From the NCBI RefSeq assembly GCF_009914755.1, contig NC_060935.1: a stretch of DNA of 64,000 nt. One strand, written 5' to 3'. The notes under the pieces were generated by a model. The model was not told the DNA's origin, made no database searches, and was given only the letters and a program-made list of their open reading frames with translations. Made by a program: the position numbers and the translations under genes. Every line of letters begins with the position of its first letter. Position 1 is the first letter of the stretch. Shown here one piece after another: positions 1-14,239 of the stretch. The stretch comes from the human T2T-CHM13v2.0 reference genome, Homo sapiens.

Positions 1-34
1 AATCTGCAAGTGGATATTTGGACCACTTTGTGGC

Positions 35-51
35 CTTCCTTCGAAACGGGT
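35..51 (+). promoter_or_regulatory. Degenerate CENP-B box (W2-type monomer), CTTCCTTCGAAACGGGT, present in every HOR
   Basis: It sits at the box position, 171 bp upstream of the intact box at 206. It matches NTTCGNNNNANNCGGGN except that the TTCG core reads TTCC. Confidence 0.8.
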
Positions 52-205
52 ATATCTTCACATCAAACCTAGACAGAAGCATTCTCAGAATGTTTCCTGT
101 GATGACTGCATTCAACTCACAGAGGTGAACAATCCTGTTGATGGAGCAGTTTTGAAACTCTCTTTCTTTGGATTCCGCAAGTTGATATGTGGACCTCTGT
201 GAAGA

Positions 206-222
206 TTTCGTTGGAAACGGGT
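206..222 (+). promoter_or_regulatory. Intact CENP-B box (W3-type monomer), TTTCGTTGGAAACGGGT, repeated every 850 bp
   Basis: All nine essential positions of NTTCGNNNNANNCGGGN are present. Confidence 0.93.
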
Positions 223-337
223 TCATCTTCACAGAAAAACTAAACAGAAGCATTCTCAGAAACTGCTTTGTGATGTTTGTTTTCCACTTCAAGAATTGAA
301 CTTTCCTCTTGACAGAGCAGCTCTGAAACCCTCTTTT

Positions 338-343
338 TCTAGA
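338..343. other. XbaI site TCTAGA, normally one per HOR (defines the classical 0.85-kb unit)
   Basis: TTTTCTAGAATC at 338-343 recurs every 850 bp. Exceptions are listed in the findings. Confidence 0.9.
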
Positions 344-376
344 ATCTGCAAGTGGACATTTGGAGGGCTTTGAGGC

Positions 377-393
377 CTGTGGTGGAAAAGGAA
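377..393 (+). promoter_or_regulatory. A-type (pJalpha-like) box in W4-type monomer, CTGTGGTGGAAAAGGAA
   Basis: It occupies the box position, 171 bp after the box at 206. It resembles the A-monomer/pJalpha motif (CTAYGGTGRAAAAGGAA) and lacks the CENP-B CpGs. Confidence 0.75.
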
Positions 394-546
394 AATCTTC
401 ACATAAAAACTAGATGGAAGCATTCTCAGAAACTACTTTGTGATGATTGCATTCGACCCACAGAGTTGAACATTCCTATAGATAGAGCAGGTTGTAAACA
501 ATCTTTTTGTAAAATCTGCGATTGGAGATTTGGACTGCTTTGAGGC

Positions 547-563
547 CTACTGTAGTAAAGGAA
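547..563 (+). promoter_or_regulatory. Diverged A-type box in W5-type monomer, CTACTGTAGTAAAGGAA
   Basis: It lies at the box-equivalent position with an A-type AAAGGAA end and no CENP-B core. Confidence 0.7.
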
Positions 564-1567
564 ATAACTTCATCTAAAAACCAAACGGAAGCATTCACAG
601 ACAATTCTTAGTGATCATTGGATTGAACTAACAGAGCTGAACATTCCCTTAGATGGCGCAGTTTCCAAACACACTTTCTGTAGAATCTGCAAGTGGATAT
701 TTGGACCTCTCTGAGGATTTCATTGGAAACGGGATAAACTTCCCAGAACTACACGGAAGCATTCTGAGAAACTTCTTTGTGATGTTTGCATTCAACTCAC
801 AGAGTTGAACCTTGCTTTCATAGTTCAGCTTTCAAACACTCTTTTTGTAGAATCTGCAAGTGGATATTTGGACCACTTTGTGGCCTTCCTTCGAAACGGG
901 TATATCTACACATCAAACCTAGACAGAAGCATTCTCAGAATGTTTCCTGTGATGACTGCATTCAACTCACAGAGGTGAACAATCCTGCTGATGGAGCACT
1001 TTTGAAACTCTCTTTCTTTGGATTCTGCAAGTGGATATGTGGACCTCTGTGAAGATTTCGTTGGAAACGGGTTCATCTTCACAGAAACACTAAACAGGAG
1101 CATTCTCAGAAACTGCTTTGTGATGTTTGTGTTCCACTTCAAGAATTGAACTTTCCTCTTGACAGAGCAGCTCTGAAACCCTCTTTTTCTAGAATCTGCA
1201 AGTGGACATTTGGAGGGATTTGAGGCCTGTGGTGGAAAAGGAAAATCTTCACATAAAAACTAGATGGAAGCATTCTCAGAAACTACTTTGTGATGCTTGC
1301 ATTCGACTCACAGAGTTGAACATTCCTATAGATAGAGCAGGTTGTAAACAATCTTTTTGTAGAATCTGCGATTGGAGATTTGGACTGCTTTGAGGCCTAC
1401 TGTAGTAAAGGAAATAACTTCATCTAAAAACCAAACGGAAGCATTTACAGACAATTCTTAGTGATCATTGGATTGAACTAACAGAGCTGAACATTCCTTT
1501 AGATGGAGCAGTTTCCAAACACACTTTCTGTAGAATCTGCAAGTGGATATTTGGACTTCTGTGAGGA

Positions 1568-1584
1568 TTTCGTTGGAAACGGGA
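1568..1584 (+). promoter_or_regulatory. Canonical CENP-B box (W1-type monomer), TTTCGTTGGAAACGGGA, repeated every 850 bp
   Basis: Exact match to the canonical YTTCGTTGGAARCGGGA. The first copy (718-734) is mutated CG>CA at 722. Confidence 0.93.
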
Positions 1585-4500
1585 TAAACTTCCCAGAACT
1601 ACAGGGAAGCATTGTGAGAAACTTCTTTGTGATGTTTGCATTCAACTCACAGAGTTGAACCTTGCTTTCATAGTTCAGCTTTCAAACACTCTTTTTGTAG
1701 AATCTGCAAGTGGATATTTGGACCACTTTGTGGCCTTCCTTCGAAACGGGTATATCTTCACATCAAACCTAGACAGAAGCATTCTCAGAATGTTTCCTGT
1801 GATGACTGCATTCAACTCACAGAGGTGAACAATCCTGCTGATGGAGCAGTTTTGAAACTCTCTTTCTTTGGATTCTGCAAGTGGATATGTTGACCTCTGT
1901 GAAGATTTCGTTGGAAACGGGTTCATCTTCACAGAAACACTAAACAGGAGCATTCTCAGAAACTGCTTTGTGATGTTTGTGTTCCACTTCAAGAATTGAA
2001 CTTTCCTCTTGACAGAGCAGCTCTGAAACCCTCTTTTTCTAGAATCTGCAAGTGGACATTTGGAGGGATTTGAGGCCTGTGGTGGAAAAGGAAAATCTTC
2101 ACATAAAAACTAGATGGAAGCATTCTCAGAAACTACTTTGTGATGATTGCATTCGACTCACAGAGTTGAACATTCCTATAGATAGAGCAGGTTGTAAACA
2201 ATCTTTTTGTAGAATCTGCGATTGGAGATTTGGACTGCTTTGAGGCCTACTATAGTAAAGGAAATAACTTCATCTAAAAACCAAACGGAAGCATTCACAG
2301 ACAATTCTTAGTGATCATTGGATTGAACTAACAGAGCTGAACATTCCTTCAGATGGAGCAGTTTCCAAACACACTTTCTGTAGAATCTGCAAGTGGATAT
2401 TTGGACTTCTCTGAGGATTTCGTTGGAAACGGGATAAACTTCCCAGAACTACACGGAAGCATTGTGAGAAACTTCTTTGTGATGTTTGCATTCAACTCAC
2501 AGAGTTGAAACTTGCTTTCATAGTTCAGCTTTCAAACACTCTTTTTGTAGAATCTGCAAGTGGATATTTGGACCACTTTGTGGCCTTCCTTCGAAACGGG
2601 TATATCTTCACATCAAACCTAGACAGAAGCATTCTCAGAATGTTTCCTGTGATGACTGCATTCAACTCACAGAGGTGAACAATCCTGTTGATGGAGCAGT
2701 TTTGAAACTCTCTTTCTTTGGATTCCGCAAGTTGATATGTGGACCTCTGTGAAGATTTCGTTGGAAACGGGTTCATCTTCACAGAAAAACTAAACAGAAT
2801 CATTCTCAGAAACTGCTTTGTGATGTTTGTTTTCCACTTCAAGAATTGAACTTTCCTCTTGACAGAGCAGCTCTGAAACCCTCTTTTTCTAGAATCTGCA
2901 AGTGGACATTTGGAGGGCTTTGAGGCCTGTGGTGGAAAAGGAAAATCTTCACATAAAAACTAGATGGAAGCATTCTCAGAAACTACTTTGTGATGATTGC
3001 ATTCGACCCACAGAGTTGAACATTCCTATAGATAGAGCAGGTTGTAAACAATCTTTTTGTAGAATCTGCGATTGGAGATTTGGACTGCTTTGAGGCCTAC
3101 TGTAGTAAAGGAAATAACTTCATCTAAAAACCAAACGGAAGCATTCACAGACAATTCTTAGTGATCATTGGATTGAACTAACAGAGCTGAACATTCCTTT
3201 AGATGGAGCAGTTTCCAAACACACTTTCTGTAGAATCTGCAAGTGGATATTTGGACTTCTCTGAGGATTTCGTTGGAAACGGGATAAACTTCCCAGAACT
3301 ACACGGAAGCATTCTCAGAAACTTCTTTCTGATGTTTGCATTCAACTCACAGAGTTGAACCTTGCTTTCATAGTTCAGCTTTCAAACACTCTTTTTGTAG
3401 AATCTGCAAGTGGATATTTGGACCACTTTGTGGCCTTCCTTCGAAACGGGTATATCTTCACATCAAACCTAGACAGAAGCATTCTCAGAATGTTTCCTGT
3501 GATGACTGCATTCAACTCACAGAGGTGAACAATCCTGTTGATGGAGCAGTTTTGAAACTCTCTTTCTTTGGATTCTGCAAGTTGATATGTGGACCTCTGT
3601 GAAGATTTCGTTGGAAACGGGTTCATCTTCACAGAAAAACTAAACAGAATCATTCTCAGAAACTGCTTTGTGATGTTTGTGTTCCACTTCAAGAATTGTA
3701 ATTTCCTCTTGACAGAGCAGCTCTGAAACCCTCTTTTTCTAGAATCTGCAAGTGGACATTTGGAGGGCTTTGAGGTCTGTGGTGGAAAAGGAAAATCTTC
3801 ACATAAAAACTAGATGGAAGCATTCTCAGAAACTACTTTGTGATGATTGCATTCGACCCACAGAGTTGAACATTCCTATAGATAGAGCAGGTTGTAAACA
3901 ATCTTTTTGTAGAATCTGCGATTGGAGATTTGGACTGCTTTGAGGCCTACTGTAGTAAAGGAAATAACTTCATCTAAAAACCAAACGGAAGCATTCACAG
4001 ACAATTCTTAGTGATCATTGGATTGAACTAACAGAGCTGAACATTCCCTTAGATGGCGCAGTTTCCAAACACACTTTCTGTAGAATCTGCAAGTGGATAT
4101 TTGGACCTCTCTGAGGATTTCGTTGGAAACGGGATAAACTTCCCAGAACTACACGGAAGCATTGTGAGAAACTTCTTTGTGATGTTTGCATTCAACTCAC
4201 AGAGTTGAACCTTGCTTTCATAGTTCAGCTTTCAAACACTCTTTCTGTGGAATCTGCAAGTGGATATTTGGACCACTTTGTGGCCTTCCTTCGAAACGGG
4301 TATATCTTCACATCAAACCTAGACAGAAGCATTCTCAGAATGTTTCCTGTGATGACTGCATTCAACTCACAGAGGTGAACAATCCTGCTGATGGAGCACT
4401 TTTGAAACTCTCTTTCTTTGGATTCTGCAAGTGGATATGTTGACCTCTGTGAAGATTTCGTTGGAAACGGGTTCATCTTCACAGAAAAACTAAACAGGAG

Positions 4501-6499
4501 CATTCTCAGAAACTGCTTTGTGATGTTTGTGTTCCACTTCAAGAATTGAACTTTCCTCTTGACAGAGCAGCTCTGAAACCCTCTTTTTCTAGAATCTGCA
4601 AGTGGACATTTGGAGGGATTTGAGGCCTGTGGTGGAAAAGGAAAATCTTCACATAAAAACTAGATGGAAGCATTCTCAGAAACTACTTTGTGATGATTGC
4701 ATTCGACTCACAGAGTTGAACATTCCTATAGATAGAGCAGGTTGTAAACAATCTTTTTGTAGAATCTGCGATTGGAGATTTGGACTGCTTTGAGGCCTAC
4801 TGTAGTAAAGGAAATAACTTCATCTAAAAACCAAACGGAAGCATTCACAGACAATTCTTAGTGATCATTGGATTGAACTAACAGAGCTGAACATTCCTTT
4901 AGATGGAGCAGTTTCCAAACACACTTTCTGTAGAATCTGCAAGTGGATATTTGGACTTCTCTGAGGATTTCGTTGGAAACGGGATAAACTTCCCAGAACT
5001 ACACGGAAGCATTCTGAGAAATTTCTTTCTGATGTTTGCATTCAACTCACAGAGTTGAACCTTGCTTTCATAGTTCAGCTTTCAAACACTCTTTTTGTAG
5101 AATCTGCAAGTGGATATTTGGACCACTTTGTGGCCTTCCTTCGAAACGGGTATATCTTCACATCAAACCTAGACAGAAGCATTCTCAGAATGTTTCCTGT
5201 GATGACGGCATTCAACTCACAGAGGTGAACAATCCTGTTGATGGAGCAGTTTTGAAACTCTCTTTCTTTGGATTCCGCAAGTTGATATGTGGACCTCTGT
5301 GAAGATTTCGTTGGAAACGGGTTCATCTTCACAGAAAAACTAAACAGAATCATTCTCAGAAACTGCTTTGTGATGTTTGTTTTCCACTTCAAGAATTGAA
5401 CTTTCCTCTTGACAGAGCAGCTCTGAAACCCTCTTTTTCTAGAATCTGCAAGTGGACATTTGGAGGGCTTTGAGGTCTGTGGTGGAAAAGGAAAATCTTC
5501 ACATAAAAACTAGATGGAAGCATTCTCAGAAACTACTTTGTGATGATTGCATTCGACCCACAGAGTTGAACATTCCTATAGATAGAGCAGGTTGTAAACA
5601 ATCTTTTTGTAAAATCTGCGATTGGAGATTTGGACTGCTTTGAGGCCTACTGTAGTAAAGGAAATAACTTCATCTAAAAACCAAACGGAAGCATTCACAG
5701 ACAATTCTTAGTGATCATTGGATTGAACTAACAGAGCTGAACATTCCCTTAGATGGCGTAGTTTCCAAACACAGTTTCTGTAGAATCTGCAAGTGGATAT
5801 TTGGACCTCTCTGAGGATTTCGTTGGAAACGGGATAAACTTCCCAGAACTACACGGAAGCATTCTGAGAAACTTCTTTGTGATGTTTGCATTCAACTCAC
5901 AGAGTTGAACCTTGCTTTCATAGTTCAGCTTTCAAACACTCTTTTTGTAGAATCTGCAAGTGGATATTTGGACCACTTTGTGGCCTTCCTTCGAAACGGG
6001 TATATCTTCACATCAAACCTAGACAGAAGCATTCTCAGAATGTTTCCTGTGATGACTGCATTCAACTCACAGAGGTGAACAATCCTGCTGATGGAGCACT
6101 TTTGAAACTCTCTTTCTTTGGATTCTGCAAGTGGATATGTTGACCTCTGTGAAGATTTCGTTGGAAACGGGTTCATCTTCACAGAAACACTAAACAGGAG
6201 CATTCTCAGAAACTGCTTTGTGATGTTTGTGTTCCACTTCAAGAATTGAACTTTCCTCTTGACAGAGCAGCTCTGAAACCCTCTTTTTCTAGAATCTGCA
6301 AGTGGACATTTGGAGGGATTTCAGGCCTGTGGTGGAAAAGGAAAATCTTCACATAAAAACTAGATGGAAGCATTCTCAGAAACTACTTTGTGATGATTGC
6401 ATTCGACTCACAGAGTTGAACATTCCTATAGATAGAGCAGGTTGTAAACAATCTTTTTGTAGAATCTGCGATTGGAGATTTGGACTGCTTTGAGGCCTA

Positions 6500-9400
6500 C
6501 TATAGTAAAGGAAATAAATTCATCTAAAAACCAAACGGAAGCATTCACAGACAATTCTTAGTGATCATTGGATTGAACTAACAGAGCTGAACATTCCTTC
6601 AGATGGAGCAGTTTCCAAACACACTTTCTGTAGTATCTGCAAGTGGATATTTGGACTTCTCTGAGGATTTCGTTGGAAACGGGATAAACTTCCCAGAACT
6701 ACACGGAAGCATTGTGAGAAACTTCTTTGTGATGTTTGCATTCAACTCACAGAGTTGAAACTTTCTTTCATAGTTCAGCTTTCAAACACTCTTTTTGTAG
6801 AATCTGCAAGTGGATATTTGGACCACTTTGTGGCCTTCCTTCGAAACGGGTATATCTTCACATCAAACCTAGACAGAAGCATTCTCAGAATGTTTCCTGT
6901 GATGACTGCATTCAACTCACAGAGGTGAACAATCCTGTTGATGGAGCAGTTTTGAAACTCTCTTTCTTTGGATTCTGCAAGTTGATATGTGGACCTCTGT
7001 GAAGATTTCGTTGGAAACGGGTTCATCTTCACAGAAAAACTAAACAGAAGCATTCTCAGAAACTGCTTTGTGATGTTTGTGTTCCACTTCAAGAATTGAA
7101 CTTTCCTCTTGACAGAGCAGCTCTGAAACCCTCTTTTTCTAGAATCTGCAAGTGGACATTTGGAGGGCTTTGAGGCCTGTGGTGGAAAAGGAAAATCTTC
7201 ACATAAAAACTAGATGGAAGCATTCTCAGAAACTACTTTGTGATGATTGCATTCGACTCACAGGGTTGAACATTCCTATAGATAGAGCAGGTTGTAAACA
7301 ATCTTTTTGTAGAATATGCGATTGGAGATTTGGACTGCTTTGAGGCCTACTGTAGTAAAGGAAATAACTTCATCTAAAAACCAAACGGAAGCATTCACAG
7401 ACAATTCTTAGTGATCATTGGATTGAACTAACAGAGCTGAACATTCCTTTAGATGGCGCAGTTTCCAAACCCACTTTCTGTAGAATCTGCAAGTGGATAT
7501 TTGGACTTCTCTGAGGATTTCGTTGGAAACGGGATAAACTTCCCAGAACTACACGGAAGCATTGTGAGAAACTTCTTTGTGATGTTTGCATTCAACTCAC
7601 AGAGTTGAACCTTGCTTTCATAGTTCAGCTTTCAAACACTCTTTTTGTAGAATCTGCAAGTGGATATTTGGACCACTTTGTGGCCTTCCTTCGAAACGGG
7701 TATATCTTCACATCAAACCTAGACAGAAGCATTCTCAGAATGTTTCCTGTGATGACTGCATTCAACTCACAGAGGTGAACAATCCTGCTGATGGAGCACT
7801 TTTGAAACTCTCTTTCTTTGGATTCTGCAAGTGGATATGTTGACCTCTGTGAAGATTTCGTTGGAAACGGGTTCATCTTCACAGAAAAACTAAACACGAG
7901 CATTCTCAGAAACTGCTTTGTGATGTTTGTGTTCCACTTCAAGAATTGAACTTTCCTCTTGACAGAGCAGCTCTGAAACCCTCTTTTTCTAGAATCTGCA
8001 AGTGGACATTTGGAGGGCTTTGAGGCCTGTGGTGGAAAAGGAAAATCTTCACATAAAAACTAGATGGAAGCATTCTCAGAAACTACTTTGTGATGATTGC
8101 ATTCGACTCACAGAGTTGAACATTCCTATAGATAGAGCAGGTTGTAAACAATCTTTTTGTAGAATCTGCGATTGGAGATTTGGACTGCTTTGAGGCCTAC
8201 TATAGTAAAGGAAATAACTTCATCTAAAAACCAAACGGAAGCATTCACAGACAATTCTTAGTGATCATTGGATTGAACTAACAGAGCTGAACATTCCTTC
8301 AGATGGAGCAGTTTCCAAACACACTTTCTGTAGAATCTGCAAGTGGATATTTGGACTTCTCTGAGGATTTCGTTGGAAACGGGATAAACTTCCCAGAACT
8401 ACACGGAAGCATTGTGAGAAACTTCTTTGTGATGTTTGCATTCAACTCACAGAGTTGAACCTTGCTTTCATAGTTCAGCTTTCAAACACTCTTTTTGTAG
8501 AATCTGCAAGTGGATATTTGGACCACTTTGTGGCCTTCCTTCGAAACGGGTATATCTTCACATCAAACCTAGACAGAAGCATTCTCAGAATGTTTCCTGT
8601 GATGACTGCATTCAACTCACAGAGGTGAACAATCCTGCTGATGGAGCACTTTTGAAACTCTCTTTCTTTGGATTCTGCAAGTGGATATGTTGACCTCTGT
8701 GAAGATTTCGTTGGAAACGGGTTCATCTTCACAGAAACACTAAACAGGAGCATTCTCAGAAACTGCTTTGTGATGTTTGTGTTCCACTTCAAGAATTGAA
8801 CTTTCCTCTTGACAGAGCAGCTCTGAAACCCTCTTTTTCTAGAATCTGCAAGTGGATGTTTGGAGGGATTTGAGGCCTGTGGTGGAAAAGGAAAATCTTC
8901 ACATAAAAACTAGATGGAAGCATTCTCAGAAACTACTTTGTGATGATTGCATTCGACTCACAGAGTTGAACATTCCTATAGATAGAGCAGGTTGTAAACA
9001 ATCTTTTTGTAGAATCTGCGATTGGAGATTTGGACTGCTTTGAGGCCTACTGTAGTAAAGGAAATAACTTCATCTAAAAACCAAACGGAAGCATTTACAG
9101 ACAATACTTAGTGATCATTGGATTGAACTAACAGAGCTGAACATTCCTTTAGATGGAGCAGTTTCCAAACACACTTTCTGTAGAATCTGCAAGTGGATAT
9201 TTGGACTTCTCTGAGGATTTCGTTGGAAACGGGATAAACTTCCCAGAACTACACGGAAGCATTCTGAGAAATTTCTTTCTGATGTTTGCATTCAACTCAC
9301 AGAGTTGAACCTTGCTTTCATAGTTCAGCTTTCAAACACTCTTTTTGTAGAATCTGCAAGTGGATATTTGGACCACTTTGTGGCCTTCCTTCGAAACGGG

Positions 9401-12400
9401 TATATCTTCACATCAAACCTAGACAGAAGCATTCTCAGAATGTTTCCTGTGATGACGGCATTCAACTCACAGAGGTGAACAATCCTGTTGATGGAGCAGT
9501 TTTGAAACTCTCTTTCTTTGGATTCCGCAAGTTGATATGTGGACCTCTGTGAAGATTTCGTTGGAAACGGGTTCATCTTCACAGAAAAACTAAACAGAAT
9601 CATTCTCAGAAACTGCTTTGTGATGTTTGTTTTCCACTTCAAGAATTGAACTTTCCTCTTGACAGAGCAGCTCTGAAACCCTCTTTTTCTAGAATCTGCA
9701 AGTGGACATTTGGAGGGCTTTGAGGTCTGTGGTGGAAAAGGAAAATCTTCACATAAAAACTAGATGGAAGCATTCTCAGAAACTACTTTGTGATGATTGC
9801 ATTCGACCCACAGAGTTGAACATTCCTATAGATAGAGCAGGTTGTAAACAATCTTTTTGTAAAATCTGCGATTGGAGATTTGGACTGCTTTGAGGCCTAC
9901 TGTAGTAAAGGAAATAACTTCATCTAAAAACCAAACGGAAGCATTCACAGACAATTCTTAGTGATCATTGGATTGAACTAACAGAGCTGAACATTCCCTT
10001 AGATGGCGCAGTTTCCAAACACAGTTTCTGTAGAATCTGCAAGTGGATATTTGGACCTCTCTGAGGATTTCGTTGGAAACGGGATAAACTTCCCAGAACT
10101 ACACGGAAGCATTCTGAGAAACTTCTTTGTGATGTTTGCATTCAACTCACAGAGTTGAACCTTGCTTTCATAGTTCAGCTTTCAAACACTCTTTTTGTAG
10201 AATCTGCAAGTGGATATTTGGACCACTTTGTGGCCTTCCTTCGAAACGCGTATATCTACACATCAAACCTAGACAGAAGCATTCTCAGAATGTTTCCTGT
10301 GATGACTGCATTCAACTCACAGAGGTGAACAATCCTGCTGATGGAGCACTTTTGAAACTCACTTTCTTTGGATTCTGCAAGTGGATATGTGGACCTCTGT
10401 GAAGATTTCGTTGGAAACGGGTTCATCTTCACAGAAACACTAAACAGGAGCATTCTCAGAAACTGCTTTGTGATGTTTGTGTTCCACTTCAAGAATTGAA
10501 CTTTCCTCTTGACAGAGCAGCTCTGAAACCCTCTTTTTCTAGAATCTGCAAGTGGACATTTGGAGGGATTTGAGGCCTGTGGTGGAAAAGGAAAATCTTC
10601 ACATAAAAACTAGATGGAAGCATTCTCAGAAACTACTTTGTGATGCTTGCATTCGACTCACAGAGTTGAACATTCCTATAGATAGAGCAGGTTGTAAACA
10701 ATCTTTTTGTAGAATCTGCGATTGGAGATTTGGACTGCTTTGAGGCCTACTGTAGTAAAGGAAATAACTTCATCTAAAAACCAAACGGAAGCATTTACAG
10801 ACAATTCTTAGTGATCATTGGATTGAACTAACAGAGCTGAACATTCCTTTAGATGGAGCAGTTTCCAAACACACTTTCTGTAGAATCTGCAAGTGGATAT
10901 TTGGACTTCTGTGAGGATTTCGTTGGAAACGGGATAAACTTCCCAGAACTACAGGGAAGCATTGTGAGAAACTTCTTTGTGATGTTTGCATTCAACTCAC
11001 AGAGTTGAACCTTGCTTTCATAGTTCAGCTTTCAAACACTCTTTTTGTAGAATCTGCAAGTGGATATTTGGACCACTTTGTGGCCTTCCTTCGAAACGGG
11101 TATATCTTCACATCAAACCTAGACAGAAGCATTCTCAGAATGTTTCCTGTGATGACTGCATTCAACTCACAGAGGTGAACAATCCTGCTGATGGAGCAGT
11201 TTTGAAACTCTCTTTCTTTGGATTCTGCAAGTGGATATGTTGACCTCTGTGAAGATTTCGTTGGAAACGGGTTCATCTTCACAGAAACACTAAACAGGAG
11301 CATTCTCAGAAACTGCTTTGTGATGTTTGTGTTCCACTTCAAGAATTGAACTTTCCTCTTGACAGAGCAGCTCTGAAACCCTCTTTTTCTAGAATCTGCA
11401 AGTGGACATTTGGAGGGATTTGAGGCCTGTGGTGGAAAAGGAAAATCTTCACATAAAAACTAGATGGAAGCATTCTCAGAAACTACTTTGTGATGATTGC
11501 ATTCGACTCACAGAGTTGAACATTCCTATAGATAGAGCAGGTTGTAAACAATCTTTTTGTAGAATCTGCGATTGGAGATTTGGACTGCTTTGAGGCCTAC
11601 TATAGTAAAGGAAATAAATTCATCTAAAAACCAAACGGAAGCATTCACAGACAATTCTTAGTGATCATTGGATTGAACTAACAGAGCTGAACATTCCTTC
11701 AGATGGAGCAGTTTCCAAACACACTTTCTGTAGTATCTGCAAGTGGATATTTGGACTTCTCTGAGGATTTCGTTGGAAACGGGATAAACTTCCCAGAACT
11801 ACACGGAAGCATTGTGAGAAACTTCTTTGTGATGTTTGCATTCAACTCACAGAGTTGAAACTTGCTTTCATAGTTCAGCTTTCAAACACTCTTTTTGTAG
11901 AATCTGCAAGTGGATATTTGGACCACTTTGTGGCCTTCCTTCGAAACGGGTATATCTTCACATCAAACCTAGACAGAAGCATTCTCAGAATGTTTCCTGT
12001 GATGACTGCATTCAACTCACAGAGGTGAACAATCCTGTTGATGGAGCAGTTTTGAAACTCTCTTTCTTTGGATTCTGCAAGTTGATATGTGGACCTCTGT
12101 GAAGATTTCGTTGGAAACGGGTTCATCTTCACAGAAAAACTAAACAGAAGCATTCTCAGAAACTGCTTTGTGATGTTTGTGTTCCACTTCAAGAATTGAA
12201 CTTTCCTCTTGACAGAGCAGCTCTGAAACCCTCTTTTTCTAGAATCTGCAAGTGGACATTTGGAGGGCTTTGAGGCCTGTGGTGGAAAAGGAAAATCTTC
12301 ACATAAAAACTAGATGGAAGCATTCTCAGAAACTACTTTGTGATGATTGCATTCGACTCACAGGGTTGAACATTCCTATAGATAGAGCAGGTTGTAAACA

Positions 12401-14210
12401 ATCTTTTTGTAGAATATGCGATTGGAGATTTGGACTGCTTTGAGGCCTACTGTAGTAAAGGAAATAACTTCATCTAAAAACCAAACGGAAGCATTCACAG
12501 ACAATTCTTAGTGATCATTGGATTGAACTAACAGAGCTGAACATTCCTTTAGATGGCGCAGTTTCCAAACCCACTTTCTGTAGAATCTGCAAGTGGATAT
12601 TTGGACTTCTCTGAGGATTTCGTTGGAAACGGGATAAACTTCCCAGAACTACACGGAAGCATTGTGAGAAACTTCTTTGTGATGTTTGCATTCAACTCAC
12701 AGAGTTGAACCTTGCTTTCATAGTTCAGCTTTCAAACACTCTTTTTGTAGAATCTGCAAGTGGATATTTGGACCACTTTGTGGCCTTCCTTCGAAACGGG
12801 TATATCTTCACATCAAACCTAGACAGAAGCATTCTCAGAATGTTTCCTGTGATGACTGCATTCAACTCACAGAGGTGAACAATCCTGCTGATGGAGCACT
12901 TTTGAAACTCTCTTTCTTTGGATTCTGCAAGTGGATATGTTGACCTCTGTGAAGATTTCGTTGGAAACGGGTTCATCTTCACAGAAAAACTAAACACGAG
13001 CATTCTCAGAAACTGCTTTGTGATGTTTGTGTTCCACTTCAAGAATTGAACTTTCCTCTTGACAGAGCAGCTCTGAAACCCTCTTTTTCTAGAATCTGCA
13101 AGTGGACATTTGGAGGGCTTTGAGGCCTGTGGTGGAAAAGGAAAATCTTCACATAAAAACTAGATGGAAGCATTCTCAGAAACTACTTTGTGATGATTGC
13201 ATTCGACTCACAGAGTTGAACATTCCTATAGATAGAGCAGGTTGTAAACAATCTTTTTGTAGAATCTGCGATTGGAGATTTGGACTGCTTTGAGGCCTAC
13301 TATAGTAAAGGAAATAACTTCATCTAAAAACCAAACGGAAGCATTCACAGACAATTCTTAGTGATCATTGGATTGAACTAACAGAGCTGAACATTCCTTC
13401 AGATGGAGCAGTTTCCAAACACACTTTCTGTAGAATCTGCAAGTGGATATTTGGACTTCTCTGAGGATTTCGTTGGAAACGGGATAAACTTCCCAGAACT
13501 ACACGGAAGCATTGTGAGAAACTTCTTTGTGATGTTTGCATTCAACTCACAGAGTTGAACCTTGCTTTCATAGTTCAGCTTTCAAACACTCTTTTTGTAG
13601 AATCTGCAAGTGGATATTTGGACCACTTTGTGGCCTTCCTTCGAAACGGGTATATCTTCACATCAAACCTAGACAGAAGCATTCTCAGAATGTTTCCTGT
13701 GATGACTGCATTCAACTCACAGAGGTGAACAATCCTGCTGATGGAGCACTTTTGAAACTCTCTTTCTTTGGATTCTGCAAGTGGATATGTTGACCTCTGT
13801 GAAGATTTCGTTGGAAACGGGTTCATCTTCACAGAAACACTAAACAGGAGCATTCTCAGAAACTGCTTTGTGATGTTTGTGTTCCACTTCAAGAATTGAA
13901 CTTTCCTCTTGACAGAGCAGCTCTGAAACCCTCTTTTTCTAGAATCTGCAAGTGGATGTTTGGAGGGATTTGAGGCCTGTGGTGGAAAAGGAAAATCTTC
14001 ACATAAAAACTAGATGGAAGCATTCTCAGAAACTACTTTGTGATGATTGCATTCGACTCACAGAGTTGAACATTCCTATAGATAGAGCAGGTTGTAAATA
14101 ATCTTTTTGTAGAATCTGCGATTGGAGATTTGGACTGCTTTGAGGCCTACTGTAGTAAAGGAAATAACTTCATCTAAAAACCAAACGGAAGCATTTACAG
14201 ACAATACTTA
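6500..14210 (+). repeat. ~3-HOR block duplicated at offset 5100 (about 6500-9110 and 11600-14210)
   Basis: Shared rare variants: GAAATAAATT 6511/11611, TAGTATCTGC 6631/11731, CAGGGTTG 7261/12361, TAAACACGAG 7891/12991, AGTGGATGTT 8851/13951, ACAATACTTA 9101/14201. Confidence 0.88.
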
Positions 14211-14239
14211 GTGATCATTGGATTGAACTAACAGAGCTG

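Larger units (their letters stand above)
1..850 (+). repeat. Representative HOR unit of five monomers (arbitrary phase): 1-171, 172-342, 343-512, 513-683, 684-850
   Basis: The homologous AATCTGC(A/G)-like anchor occurs at 1, 172, 343, 513, 684 and 851, giving lengths of 171, 171, 170, 171 and 167 = 850. A short 167-bp monomer is typical of SF3 W1. Confidence 0.93.

Noticed and set aside
40-617. Short palindromes (TTCGAA, TCTAGA, AGGCCT, CTATAG, TGATCA) as cruciform or terminator signals
   Set aside because: They are only 6-bp dyads, at roughly chance frequency. No long stem is visible and no folding computation was possible.
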